A DNA stretch of 64,000 nucleotides, taken from NCBI RefSeq assembly GCF_018977255.1, contig NW_024704743.1, positions 37,016,001 to 37,080,000 of the forward strand. The letters are read 5' to 3'. Below are positions 11,734 through 25,774 of the stretch, one piece after another (the stretch's first letter is position 1; the number at the start of each line of letters is the position of its first letter). The notes beneath the pieces are model-generated. The model was not told the DNA's origin. It made no database searches and worked only from the letters and a program-made list of their open reading frames with translations. Source of the DNA: Callorhinchus milii. Its lineage: Eukaryota. The position numbers were made by a program, and so were the translations under genes.

Positions 11734-14359
11734 TGGGCAAACCCATTTCCACTCCGACCAGCACTGTGGGTGCTACATCAGCAATCTAAACCACCATTTT
11801 TATTTTCAGTCACGTGCATTTTACAGATATGCTTGAAGCAAAGGCAAAAAAAGCAAAGGCAGCACCTATAAAGATGCCAAGCATTCTAATGAAACCTATT
11901 ACATGATTCTGTTTGAGAAAAATTCAATCTATGTAGGTTTTAGCAGGTTCCAATTCAACTGCTGCTAGTGAGTAATTCCAAACCAGTTTAAACACTTTAG
12001 CAAAATGAACACTTTCACATGGCACATCCAGTGGCTGACAGAAACACCAGGATTTGTGACATTAAAAAGGCAAGTTGCAAATTCATGCTAACTGTTCACT
12101 GAATTTTTTTAAAATTAAACTCTTATTGCTCACGATGCTTAGTAACAAAGCATTCAAAACAATTGCAAAAAGTTGTGGCATGCTACACAAAACAGGCACA
12201 AGCGCATTTAAAATATACTCTACAGTTGCAGGAACTGAATCGAATAAAAACTATACAAAAGAAATAGAATAAATGAAAGGAGACAGTAACAGAAACAAAT
12301 GAAGAGGTACAAACATGAATCCATCCATTAGCCTGGTTCCATCACAACTGTATAATCTTACTCGCCCACAACTGACTTTAATGTCATTCATGCCATCAAA
12401 GACAATTGTGGAGGAGGAAGAAATAAACAAATGTGATGGAAGTACCGCATGTTTGCAGAGCTGGGCTGGTCCCGAACAATTCTCTTTCCTTCCCTTACTC
12501 CCCCTATCCACCCTCGGAGTGGCTGATCTGGAATACCGGTGGTTAGCCACCTCCCCCTCTCTCCAGCTCAGAGTCAGGCTCCGCCACTGTTAAGCGCTCT
12601 GAGACGCTACCCTGCGTGGAGGGTGCTATATAAGTGCAAGTTGTTGTTGTGACAATACAAACTGGATTTACTGTATTTATGTCCGATTAACTTCTTCCTT
12701 TTCTCTTGCACTCCTGTTATTTGCCTACAGAAGCTATATTCATCATACAGTACCCACAAGTACAGTAGTCTGATCCACAAGTGTCAAAATAAACCAATGG
12801 GTATCAACCCAATGAGCCTGTTCTACTAGTTTATTAGATTAAGGCAGATTTTTGAATCACAATTTCCTACCTTTTCTCCATATCCCTTAATATACTTTTT
12901 CCTAATTATCTGTCCATCTCCCACCTTGAACATCCTAATCAATTTGGCATATTTACATTTCTGTGCGGTGCGTTTCACATCGTTAAACGTTTCTGCGGAA
13001 AAAATTTTTTCTGTGTCTTTGATCTGACTTCTAACGACCTTAATTTTAATGTTATTATGTCCTCTTGTTTTGGAAGCACTGTTCCAGAGTAAAGAGCTAT
13101 CTGTCCCTTGTCTAGTTTATCAATTCCATCCATTGTTTTAACCATTTCAATCAGATCATTAGGCAAAGCAACCATTTGCTTTCTCATAACCCCCTACAGA
13201 AAGTCCATCCTTTCATATCTCTTCAAAGAACATACAAAATCCATTCAAGCAGACAAAGGCAGACTTGTCCTGACCAAACTGCAAAACTCCTTCCTCACTG
13301 AAATAAACTCTATAGCCTGCCTCAAACTAAGACAGCATGGTTACCACAAGACTGGTTCTATATAATATGGCAACATCACCAGGGAACAGAACTACACAAA
13401 ACCACAAACTATTGCAGGTTCAACTAATTCTCACCCAATTCTTGAATTGACTAATAAATGTGATATCAAATTAAAGCACCAATTGTTTTTATGTGGCTTA
13501 CACTACAACTGCAAAGATGATTTAAAAATTTTGGTTATTTATAAACTTATGCAGCACAGATACAGCAATGAATATCATTCTACCTCCTTCATTTTTTTTG
13601 AAAAACAGTATACAAATGCTTCAATGTGTAAAAACTTTTTAGTGCTGTTCTGAAACAGACTGAGAAACTCCCACGTTCCATCCTCCTAGATGAATCAAAT
13701 GATCATTGACAAGGAGTAATGGGATGTGCACAGCAATAAAGCGCAGTGTTGAGAATCTGTGGGTGAGGAAAACTCTCTCAACCCTGATCATTATCCAGTG
13801 ACTTGATCGTAATAAGTGTAGTTTCCAGCATAACTGACAACAATGTTTTCTTTCCTCTCACTAATGCAATGGAGATGGACATGCTCTTCACGTTCACATG
13901 TTTCTTGTGAAACACCTCCCCACGTGGTCTGGATGAGAATCAGAAATGTGTATATTCGAGTGCGATAGTGTGATTCACCCAAAACCAGGCTTTGGATAAC
14001 TCACTGATACTCAGCCGCACATGAAAGCTCCTGTTCCTGGAAGACTCCCAACAGCATGAAAACCATGCCGCAGCATGGATCAGCATCTTTTGGTGTGTGC
14101 GTGATCGCACATGGAACAACATGCAATGGAAGGCTTATTCTATTCCTTTTCTTAGATCTCATTTTGAATCGGTAAACTGATGTGCACCATTTTCCAAAAT
14201 TCTTTTAAATTTTTCGTTGGCCTCCACTTCACCAGCAAAGAGTAAAGGCAGTAGATTGGCTGCTGTCAATGCTGTTATGTAACTGGCTTTAGGAGGTGTA
14301 AGAGTAGCGAAGGTCGACACTTCTTACAAGAAAGAATCTCACAGCCACTTAGTTTATTG

Positions 14360-14688
14360 AGCATATCTGGCTCCGGTCTGCTCCACACTCCCCGCCCTAA
14401 CATCGGTGGCCGGGCTTTCAGCCTCTCAGCCCCTAGGCTCTGGAGCTCCATCCCCCAGTGTCTTCGCCTTACTTCCTCCCTTTCCTCCTTCAAGGCCGGT
14501 CTCAAGACCTTTCTCTTCAACCGTGCCTTCACCTCCCCTCTCGACTCTCTACCCCCTCCTCGCTCCCTCCCTTCCCTCCCCTCACCCTGACCATTTCCCC
14601 CTCCTCTGGTCCCGACCCAACTGTACAGCGCCTTGGGACGTCCTCCCGACGTGAAAGGTGCTCTATAAATGCAATCTTGTTGTTGTTG
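14360..14688 (+). mobile_element. L2 3' end
   Basis: GGRAFSLSAPRLWSSIP...SFKAGLKTFLF, 3' UTR and (TTG)n. Similar ends at about 4495-4830(+), 29060-29193(+), 30940-31250(-), 38690-39000(-), 48550-48780(-), 55450-55895(-). Confidence 0.9.
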
Positions 14689-14894
14689 CATGGTGAATTG
14701 CTAAGATGTTAATTCTTCATCAGCATGCAAACGGATGCAGAATTTCACTTTAGCATATCTGTATGTAGTTAGTCCCACACAATGAAGACTAATAAAATAA
14801 AATTTAGCATGCGATGAAGTGTCCTTGAAAGGAGATAATTTACTCTTTTTTAAAAAAATCAAAGAATACGCACAAAACTGAGACAAGTACTCAC

Positions 14895-15025
14895 CGTTTC
14901 ATCTGTGCAGATGGAATGTACTTGAGTGCCAAACATCACAGCAGTGAAGATAAGGAAGAGGAGACCCTCAAAGCACAGAAGAATGAGGAGAATCACTGTG
15001 GATGGCGGTGAGAATGAACTGCACT
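14895..15025 (-). CDS. ZDHHC3: ZDHHC3 exon 6
   Basis: (K)[43 protein letters not shown], 131 nt, TAG/GTGAGT. Confidence 0.97.
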
Positions 15026-17203
15026 CTAGGAAACCGAGACATCGTGGTTAGTATTATATACAAACTCTTCACCAGCTACAAGTATCAACAGACTTGGCAA
15101 CACATGTTAGTTTGGTTTCCACATCCATCTCTATGTAGATGAAGTAGTAAGATTCAAGTTACAAGTTTATCAATACGTCAATTATTGTCCAAGAACCTGA
15201 TCCCGTAAAGCTGCTGCACTTGAAATAACATATTTACAGAATATAATCATAGAAAATTACAGCTCAAGAAGGAGACCATTCGGCCCATCAAGTCTGCACT
15301 GACTCTCAGAGCAAATTCTTTTCAATCCCACTACCCTATCATATCTCCATAAGTCAAGCTTCTTTCATATATCCGGCTACGACCCTCTTGAAAACTAGAA
15401 TGGATTCTCCCTCAACTTAATCATTCCACATTCCAACAACTTTCAGTGTGAAAAAAAAATCTCCTAAATTCTCCTTTTGCTCTTACGTGGGTACCTTAAA
15501 TCTATGACCCCTAGTCACCCCAACTTCCAGTGGGTTAGGGAGAAACTATCAAAACCCCTCATTATTTTGTACACATCAATCAGGTCCCCTCTCAACCTAC
15601 TGTGTTCCAATGAAAACAGACCCAACTTCTCCAATCTCTCCTCATACATATAACCTCTCGTTCCTGGTTAATCTGCTCTGCACTCCTCCAGGGCCTTAAT
15701 ATCTTTCCTGAAGTGAGGTGATGTATACATATACACAAACACACACACTCATGCATCTCCCTCACAAAAATACATAATTTGGGAGCTTGATTTAACAATT
15801 CAACTTCAATCATGTAGGCCAGCATAACCCGCTTAAAAGTAACGTGCAACAGAATAAACTAAAAACAACTTCCCCTCTCACTATTTACATACCTCACTGA
15901 ATAATCATCCTTTCAATAATAATGGAACTTCAATACTCTTAGTCTGTGCCTAACACCAGAGATATGCTGCGATTTTGTAGTGATTAACATGTGATAGCAG
16001 AGCTGCCACAATTTTGCCAGATGCCTTTCGCTTGACAAATCATATTTTTCTCAATCGTACACATACAGAGAGCACCCAGCAACTCATTCAGCAACTATCA
16101 ATTGCCAAATAGCTTTTGACTCGCATGACTAAATCAATTTGTCTATGCTGTCACTTGAGCAAAGTACTGGGAAACTGTCAGCACATACAGAGCTGTATCA
16201 AATTACGAGTCATTACCTTCAGAGTAGGAGATTTTGGAAAAAGCAGCAGCTTTTTTTTTTCAAAAGTTACCCCTGGTTAAATATGGGTTTCTATTAACAA
16301 ACAGTGACTGCTGGTGACACCACTGGCAGAAATGATGACTGGAATAGAGAGGAAGTGAACTCTTGAGCTTGACAACAGTAGGGAGCAGCATACTGAATTG
16401 ATAGTATTGGCAGAAAAGTCCAAAATATTGCCATAGCTGTTTTGCTTTTTAAAAACGTATTACAATGTAATTTATATAGCGCCTTTCATATCAGGAGGAA
16501 TTTTCACAGCACTTCATACAGCTGGAAGTTTCAGTGTGTAATGACCAAAAACTATCTTGAATTGGTAGATTGTGCAGACTGCGCACATTCACACACCTGT
16601 AATCTGATCTGATTTAACAGAACATAATGCTCAATAATCAGAACAATTGTCATTTGGAATTAGGACTCCAAGCAGCAAGTCACGTCTGTTCGATCATTAA
16701 GCACCAAATAAAAAAGCACTTGTCAATTCAAAACTAAATTGGCCAAATCACTCAAAACCATAAGCTGTGGGAAACAGAAAAATTCACATGGCACAGTAGA
16801 GCCTTTTTGCAGTAAAGATATTTTTGGTCAGTCGAGTGCTTAAAAGTATCCAAGCTAGACTGACAGGTCAACATATGTATGTCACCTACAATGTGCACTC
16901 TTCCTGGAAGAATACACACCATTTACCTAATTCCAGGGAGTATTATGTGGGGGCTGGCAAGTGGGAAACGTGCGCGTTGGGGTATTGTGGGAGTTAACAA
17001 CTTCATTTACATAGCACCCTTCACTCGAAGCACTTAACTCCTGATATATGCTTTATCCAAATGTATTTCAGGCATTTGATGTCCAACATGTTCTGTTCCC
17101 AGTACCAACATCTCATCTCTTCCCTTGATATAAATACACGTATGATATATGCGTTAGTGCCTATTTGAAGTTTAATCGTCTTAGTGTTTTGCTTTATACT
17201 TAC

Positions 17204-17285
17204 TTGCCCATTCTTCTTCAAAGCAAAACAAAAAGTGAAGGCCTACCAGGAGAAGGGAATGTAGTGATATCAGAGATATATACAT
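17204..17285 (-). CDS. ZDHHC3: ZDHHC3 exon 5
   Basis: [27 protein letters not shown], 82 nt, CAG/GTAAGT. Confidence 0.95.
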
Positions 17286-17839
17286 CTGCAACACAGAAGA
17301 ACATTTTTAAGTGGTTTTCATTAGTAATCTAAGTTTTAGATTTAACTTAAAAACTGAAAAATGCAACCGTAGAGGTCTCGTTCTCTGCTAGTGCAGGGCC
17401 ACATTATTGAAAAGCCATGTCTTGAAAAAGAAACTTGGTACATTTGCAGAATATGTGCAAAATAATCAGTGTTTAATATAAAAGAACAAGTTATTGATAT
17501 TATCTCAGCCTTATGCAAAATATACAGCTGAGAATATTGTGCTTTTAAGAAAAATCCTCATTTAATATAGCGTTTTTCACGTCAGGAGGACAACTCAAAA
17601 CCCTTCATAGGGTTCACTTTAAAGTGTAGTGATTGTAGGTGAAGGCAGTAGCCAATTTTCACAGCAATATCTCACAAACAGCCATGTAGTGAAATGACCA
17701 ATTTCATTGGAGGGATCGTTGACTGGGAGATCAGGAGAAACCCCCTTCACTTTTCTGAATAGCGCCATGAGAATATTTATGTCCACCTGAATAGGCAATG
17801 TTTTAGTATTAACAATGCAATTATAACATCAACACTTAC

Positions 17840-17936
17840 TGTAAATAATACAAAGTATTTCTGGTTATTCTCCCCTACACAGTTGTTAACCCATGGACAA
17901 TGGTGATCCATCTTCCGAATACATCTCTTGCATACG
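17840..17936 (-). CDS. ZDHHC3: ZDHHC3 exon 4 (DHHC catalytic motif)
   Basis: [32 protein letters not shown], 97 nt, CAG/GTAAGT. Confidence 0.98.
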
Positions 17937-18965
17937 CTGAAAGACAGTGTTTAAAGGAAGCTTCAATCATTTCAATCAAAATTATGAATTTCACTCACTA
18001 ACAAAATGTATTCCAGAATCATGCTCTCAAACTGGAGATGTAAAGCATGTCAGTAATATAGGACAAGAAGGCATGTTTTATTTCAGTTAAATCCAATGTG
18101 TGGAGACAGCTTTGGTTTCTTTTACCTGGACCAATTAAAAATAAAAGCGCCACTGGCGTTACTTTAAGCAAGAGCTTTGTTGCCTTTTTGATCATCTTCT
18201 CACCTTTTCGCACCAAACCCCTTGTGAAAAAATCTCACTATGGCTGATACAACCATGAGAATTCAAGGATTTATAAAACCTTGAAGACAAGATGAAAATT
18301 CAGTAGCTTTTCGTTTGATTCCACTTGGCATCAAAATTTGCTGCTACCAAGTTAGTTGATATGGTAAACTGAGGAGGGATGCAGAAAACTATAGGAGATC
18401 ATAGTAAAGTTAGTGGAGTGGGAAGGCAAAGAGTGGCAAATGGAATTCCATACCTTATACGTGCCAACCTGCCTGTTATAATGCATGGTTTCCGGGAAGG
18501 GGGGGGGGTATGTCAGCTGTGTTAACTTGAAGATCAAGAGGCAATTGGTTTGGCCATAGTTGGAGCAGTTTTGAGCATCTAATTATATAAAGCATGAAGA
18601 AATCCATCCAATCAGTCTAGGCTGGACAGAAATACAGATCCAGAGGTTAAATGATAGTGCTGTAGCCACTCCATCACTGAGTTTCCAAACTAATATTACC
18701 AGGTTTTTCCAAATAGTAAAGATGGGCACAATGTAGCTTTTCATTAACATATATCACCAAACAGTCTTACAATACAAAATTGCATTTGCATAGCGCCTTT
18801 CACGTCCTCATTTCATTTATGTTTGAATTCAGACTGGTTTTTAAACAGAACAATTTACAATAGCTTTTTTTGTTTAAAAACCAACAATCCATCAATTGTA
18901 AATAGGAGATGGACACAAATGTAATGTGGAAAATAAAATGCAATTCATGTTTATTCCCACTTTAC

Positions 18966-19090
18966 CTGCAGTGATGTGCTCTCTCTGGTTTGATGCTGCA
19001 ACACTTGGGGCACTTGTACACCACCTGGCCTGGCTTCAGCTGTAAACTTTCAATGAACTCTTTAGTTGCATTCCCTTTTGGTACTGCACC
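18966..19090 (-). CDS. ZDHHC3: ZDHHC3 exon 3
   Basis: [41 protein letters not shown](S), 125 nt, TAG/GTAAAG boundaries; start of the Cys-rich domain. Confidence 0.97.
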
Positions 19091-19507
19091 CTACCAAAAG
19101 AACAAATTTTGCACAGCAGTTAGTAAAAGAAAATCCAATATTTTAATTTGAGCATTGCTTCACATTCTTTGCTACTGTGCCGAGTGCAACCATTATAGTT
19201 TGGTACAGCACTTTGAAATCAACCCAAGGATCGACTTTCACACAGGGAGTTAACAGCAGTTTACTCATCAGAAATGTATTAATACAATTGGAAAACATTT
19301 AGGCTTTGGAAATAAACATTATTTGCAAGCAAAAAATCTTGTCAACATCTCTATCTCTAAAATCGAGTGTGAATTAAAATTAATATAAATTACAATGTAT
19401 GCAGAAAAGTCAAATTGCACAAATATTTCTCCTACTCTTCATTTAGGTTAGCTGGAATATGCTGGAATGTCTCTGGAGATTGAAGAGAATGCTTATCCAA
19501 CTAAACT

Positions 19508-19815
19508 AGTCCTGTAGCTCAGTGGTTAGAGCACTCGCTTTGCAAGCAAGAGACCTGGGTTCGATTCCTGGCACGGTGAAACCTTGGGCAAGTTTCTTTA
19601 CTCCACATGCCTGATAATAACCACTCAAGAAAAAAAAACAATAAAACTTGTCACTTCAATCCATGATTAAATTTGTGGGACATTGCTGTGCGCAATTGGC
19701 TGCCGTGTTTCGCCCACAAATATAGTCAATTCACTTTACAGTATATTCTGTGAAGCGCTTGAGAAGTCTAGAAAACATGAAAAACCCTATAACAAATGCA
19801 AGGATTATTATTATT
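19508..19815 (+). mobile_element. tRNA-derived SINE, same family
   Basis: Head, body and (ATT)n tail recognisable. Confidence 0.88.
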
Positions 19816-22800
19816 AATGTTGAGTGATTGGTAGTACTGTAGAATCAATAATGTAGCAATTTTACAACTGAACAAATGAGTAAACCCTATTTTTAGTTAA
19901 ATAAAACAAGTTTCCAGTTTCTGTATCAGCAGTAATGAGGGATTCTGGAGCTGTGTGACAGCCATCAATGTTTACAGTACGCATTGCACAGGAAATTATC
20001 TAACATGATTATCAAGGACTGTAAAACAGTTCAAGAAGATTAGCCTGAAATTGTCATCAGCTACAAACAAACACAATTACTACACTTTACAGTGAATCCC
20101 GTGAAACATTGATATCCTCCCAATTTGAAAGGCGAAAATGCAAGATTTTAGTATTATTACAAATAAACATTGATAAAGCCAATTAAATACCACAGCAGCA
20201 GTGCTTAACTGTATATAACAATGATACTTGCATTGTGTGTCATTAACACATCTCAAAACACTTCAAAGGTCCAACATATGCAAAATTACCTCAAAAGTAT
20301 GTTTCTTACAAAACAAAGTCGCTGTTCTTGAATTGCTGCAAACAATAAACTAGCTGGAGTTGAGTGAAAAGCACAAAATGGGTGAAATGGGCTCATGGGG
20401 GGAGAGAAAGGGAGAAAAAAAAGAGATGAAAATAGGCATATAAGAAAGCTCGCAACAAATAACTAGAAAAGGGTGAAAAAAGGGAAGAACTACCACCGTT
20501 TATTTAGAGGATGCATGACGTACATCTGACTGCTGGGAGGATGCAGTTAAAGGCTAGGAGAAAATTCTTCACATAGTTCTGCTGCAGCAATCTAACAAAA
20601 AACAAATCAAGTGCAATAAAAGGAAGCCAACAATATTAAGCAGTGTATCCTGTGACCTTTGCCCCGATCACATTTAAATAAGTGTGCAAAATGTATTTGT
20701 GGAAAGGGCTGCAGTGCCAGCTTTATTCTGAATCTCTAACATAATGTATAAGTAGGAAAGCAAGCCCAACTTTTCAATCTTTACCTTCTCCATAAATTAA
20801 GATGATTTCATTATCTCAAATGAGAAAAATCAACTTTAAAACCAGAGGACCATACAACACAAACAAGGGTGCCATCAGTAAAGTGTTTCAGCACCAATAT
20901 CCGAACACTTAAAAGGTTTTAAAAATACTCCAATCAAATGAACCAAAATCCCCAAAGCCCTCCACAGCAATTGCTTGTTATCCCATTAATGACTGAAATA
21001 AAGCTACAAATAAACATTTGTAGTGACCTGTGAAAATAATGTAGGTAATTTTAAAAATATTTTACCAACAATCCCTGCAAGATTAATAACAGCAGTTTCA
21101 TTAATTGAATGATTCAAGACCAAGTCCAGATAGGGAGTCTCTCTCACACACCACACCCACTGTTCACGTTTGTAAAACCTTCCTAAATTCACGATGCATA
21201 GATCGCCAAATGTAATTTTGTATAACAGCTTTCACATCAAAGTCTCTTGAAGATTTTCACACAATATACTGTGCAGGTAAACTCACATAAGTCATGTCAG
21301 TAGGGACCATTACATTTAACACAGTAAATCTCTTTATAAGTCGTATAAATGTACCCGAATCCCATTCAGTTTCCTGCCTAAAAACGCTAAGATTTATTTG
21401 CACTAGTGATATTTTATGGGGTTGAGGTGAAAGGGAAACCATTCTGGACAGCTCTCAAACATAAATGTTATTTTCATGGCACCTGGCAGCAGCTTGCTAT
21501 TTAGATTGTGTGAGGCATCCAGGAAGGAGAACAGTAATGCTGCAGGTATACCATCAGGAGAAAAGCTGCTTCACCTTTGACAGCAAAGTGATGGGCAGCA
21601 GGAATTTAGGCTCACACAGCCCGCACAACATTGCTTTGAATTGGGGCCAGGTTATATAAAAAAAATTTTTTAGCCGATGCCCACCACGGTAAAATCATGG
21701 ATTTGTTTCATAAAACTAATTAACCATCTCTTTATAAACAATAAAATACTTTATTCAAAGTGTTACACTGCAGCTTTCAAGATCGGTGCTACAAGATGAT
21801 GTGCATCGCCAGAGACCCTGTTTATACTGCATGTGGTGAATCATTGCCAACTGTGCAGTGTAAATTCTGCATTAGAAGTATTTCACTCACACTTTTAAAT
21901 TCATTGCGATTTCCAATAAATCACCATCATTCATCCATTTTAGTACCAAAAGGGTACTACGGGCTAAATAGTCTCAAATGCAAAAGAAAACCATTTAATT
22001 GACTTTCCATGAGACATTTCTATGCATCGAATAGCTGGGACAATCCCAGCTCGAGCAGTGCTTCATACCACTTGAGCAATTAAAGAAACTGGGCAAGATA
22101 TTCCTCAAGCATATAAATTGTGACCGACAATATCCACCCGTAACTGAACTTAGTAAAAGCATATGCATACATAACAGGAGTAGGCCATTTGGCCCATTCA
22201 GCCTTTAAAACATTTTCTTAGACCACGATTGAAATAAAACTAAATAGCACACCCTATACTGGTTAAGCATTTATCTACTTCTCACTTCAACATTAACTCT
22301 GTATTAACAGCCTTTCTAGGAAATTACACAATCTACAGCTCTTGAGCAAAAGAAATGTGACCTGATTTCACCACTGGAAGGTCTAGGTCTAGTTTTTATA
22401 ATCAAAGTCGCTGCACTTGAGGTCGGAGGAATTTCACCACTAGGATACCAGTCAACAATATAACGAAGGCACTGCAAATTCATTCCAACATCAATAACTT
22501 GGAACAGATATATGAATTGATTACCTCTCAAAACATGCTTTTTGATATACTTCTGATACAGCTATTATCAGCTGTATTCTGTCAACCATGCAAGGGCTCA
22601 TCTCATGTCCAAGTCGCAGTATGATTATTACGACTGCATATTGAGACTCCTTGAATGGAAATATTTGGCCGAGATTCATTCCACAGATGTTTAAAAGGAA
22701 AAAAATGATAGTTGGGTCTGGTAGGACATTGGGAAAAGAAAGAGTAACTGGATCCATCCGCCATGATCCAATAAACTGGCAGAATGGGCTGAATGGCTTA

Positions 22801-24406
22801 TTTCTAGAATAAAATGGGAAGAAAATATCAGTTTGTTTTGGGACACTTTCAATTTTATGCAATCCTAATACATACAATCTCCAAAGATGCAATCAATTTA
22901 CTGCTGAATTAACAGAAACAACAACATCTTGTATTTATATAACACCCTTCATGTGGGGTCGTGTTTTGGTGCTCTCAGCAAGTATTTACAGAAAACTTCA
23001 ATGGTCAACATGTGAAATTCAACTTTCAGGGATTCCATTGTCAAATGCACTTAAACAAGCACCTTATCCTTTGCAATGGGCATGCGTGGGATCTCCCACA
23101 AACAGGCAATATTGTTACAATTGCGGTGATATTTCATGACCTGATATTCCCGCATAGCAGATCCATGATCCTAGTGAATTCCTAAAACTCAATACCTTTG
23201 TTCTAATAATCTTATAATCCTTGCATTTCATATACTTTCGTGTTGGGAGGATGTCTCAAAGAGCTTGATAGGATTTACTGAAAGTACAGTAACTGTGTAA
23301 GGAACAGTCAACCAACTTGACTGTCGTAATGTCCCACAAACAGCCATGAAGTGAATGGCTAATTGTATCAGGGAGACTACTGACCAGGACACTGGAAAAC
23401 TTCTCACCCTTTTTGAGCAGTGCTATTGGGATCTTTTAATCTTTAACCTAACAGACAGACAGGAATTAGGCGTAACACCTCAACAGAATGCTGAGATTCT
23501 CAAACAATGCCGGGCATCCTAACATTGGACAGTCAGTCCAGACCAGGAATGTGCAAATTGTAAGTTGACCGGGCAAGTTGGCCATCCTTGGCTTAATCTA
23601 TGAGATCTCAATTTGAAGATTGAACCCACAGCCTTCTGACTCAGACGCATGATACGATGATCAATTTCACTGGGTTAGGATACACAATTTAGCTGTGCCC
23701 CTGAGCAGGAATGATCAATGAAAATATCTCCCTGGTTACAACACTCCTGCTGTACTTGTACTATTGGCCAACATGCAATCCAACTCCTGTACCTCTAAAA
23801 GATCTGTCATGATCCCCTAAACTGGTGACCAGGCTCAATGAGCTGAAGTGGGTTGGGGAGTAAGCAGGTCAGAGAGGTTGGGAGTTGCCAGGGTATGAAG
23901 GGATTTGAAAAGGAGTGAGGATCTTAAAATCGATCCGTTCAGCGATAGGAAGCCAGTGGAGCCTCGTTAGAACTGTTGTAATGGGGGTACAGAGTTTAGT
24001 ATGGGTGAGTATACGGCAGTGGAGTTTTGGATGAGCTGGATCTTGTGAATGCTGGATCTTGTGAATGGTGGAACCGGGGAGACCAGTGAGGAGGGAGGTG
24101 ATGAACGCATGGATGAGTTATGGATGGCACTTACAACACTTCAAAGTAAATCTTCTGAAATGCTTTGAGTCATTTTGATGACAGGATAATAATAATCTTT
24201 GCATTTAATATAGTGCCTTAGGTCGTTGAGGCGTCTCAAAAGCGCTTCACAGAATATATTGTAAAGTGGATTCACTGTGTATTTTGTGGGCATAATAATA
24301 AGAGAAGGCTCTATATTAAATGCAAGGATTATTTTTTCTTACTATTAGCTGGATAGGTTACCACTTTTTTTAAAAAAGATAATCAAAATGAATTTATAGG
24401 ACTTAC

Positions 24407-24712
24407 AGGATCGGTTAGCATCGCTCTAGAATGAGAAGCCAGCGCCAGGAAAGCCAGGGCATTGAAGAGAATCCCGTTGAACACACTGTACATTACGTCT
24501 TTTGTTGGAAGGAGCATAACGAAAACAACCACAAACTCAGCATAGATGACGAGTATCCAGGTTACAATGGTGCAGGCTACACCACAGCCATCTTTGATGA
24601 ACCAGATCTTGTCCATTGAGCCACCGTCTGGAGAAGGTGGTACACACTGATCGGCCTGCATGTACTCGGCTCGACGCTCGATATCTCTACTACGACTGGA
24701 TGACGTCAACAT
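24407..24712 (-). CDS. ZDHHC3: Palmitoyltransferase ZDHHC3 (GODZ), coding part of exon 2 (exon starts 24740)
   Basis: [17 protein letters not shown]...[12 protein letters not shown]...[10 protein letters not shown], 306 nt; polyT-AACAG acceptor at 24741, donor GTAAGT. Confidence 0.95.
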
Positions 24713-24874
24713 GATAAAAAATTATAGTCCATAATTATACCTGTTAACAAAAAGAAAAAAATTATTTGCCAACCTGTAAAAAAAATCCACAACCATCTTA
24801 AAACAGCTTTCCAGGTCTCTTTTCAGAAAAGTGAAAACGTCTAATAACTGTAGATAATTATAATAATAATCCTA

Positions 24875-25189
24875 TAATAATCCTTGCATTTGATATAGCG
24901 CTTTTCACGTCGGGAGGACGTCCCAAAGCGCTTCACAGAACACACTGTAAAGTGAATTGACTGTATATTTGTGGGCGAACGCGGCAGCCAATTGCGCACA
25001 GCAATGTCCCACAAACAGTCGTAGATTGAAAATGACCAATTTATTATTGTTTTTGGTTTTGGAGGGATTATTATTAGGCTCTGTGTGGAGTAAGGAAACT
25101 TGCCCAAGGTTTCGCCCTCTGCCTGGAATTGAACTCAGGTCTCTCGCTTGCAAAGCGAATGCTCTAACCACTGAGCTACAGGACTCCAC
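24875..25189 (-). mobile_element. Young full-length tRNA-derived SINE
   Basis: Near-identical reverse complement of 29421-29737. Confidence 0.92.
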
Positions 25190-25414
25190 AAGTAAATTAT
25201 GAAGTAAATTGGCTCCATAATTTTCAGAACTAAGTCTGATCAATCCAAAATGAATGTAATTTTTACAGAGACAGACCGCTCATTCACTGATATATAATTG
25301 TATTGTATGCAATATATAATCATATAAATTTTTAAAAATGAAGTGCAACAATAAAATTTTAATTCTCTTAAATAATTAAGACAGTTTATGCTCCTTTCTC
25401 ACTCCCGCCCTAAA

Positions 25415-25774
25415 CAATAATAATTCTTGCATTTGATATAGTGACAATTATGCACAGCAACAATGTCCTACAAACGCCATTGAACGAATGACCAATTTTA
25501 GTTGGGGGAATTGTTGGCCAGGACACTGGGAGAAACCCCTTTCTCATTCTGAATAGTGCCATGGGATATTTAAAGTCCACCTGAACAGACAGACGGGATC
25601 TCAGTTTAACGTCTCATCCAAGGACAGCACCTCTGGCAATACAGCACCCAACCCCCACTCAGCGCCACACTGAAGTGTCAACTGAGGCTATATGATTCCA
25701 CGACCCAATGTGGGGCTTGAACCCACAATCTTCCGACTTAGAGATGAGAGTGCTACCACTGAGCCAGGCTGACA
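25415..25774 (-). mobile_element. Older tRNA-headed Deu-domain SINE (SacSINE1/AmnSINE-type core)
   Basis: Minus strand GTGCTGTCCTTGGATGAGACGTTAAAC...CAGGTGGAC...ATCCCATGGCACTATT; related copies near 42640-42940, 46100-46350, 54420-54600, 58930-59285. Confidence 0.7.

Noticed and set aside
15026..15075. Upstream alternative acceptor extending ZDHHC3 exon 6
   Set aside because: The 50-nt extension ends in an in-frame TAG and shifts frame; I found no equivalent of the recalled mammalian 28-aa insert.
22035..22052. AGCTGGGA-CAA-TCCCAGCT hairpin (and a similar palindrome near 52433-52459)
   Set aside because: Short isolated inverted repeats are expected by chance in 64 kb; no supporting context.
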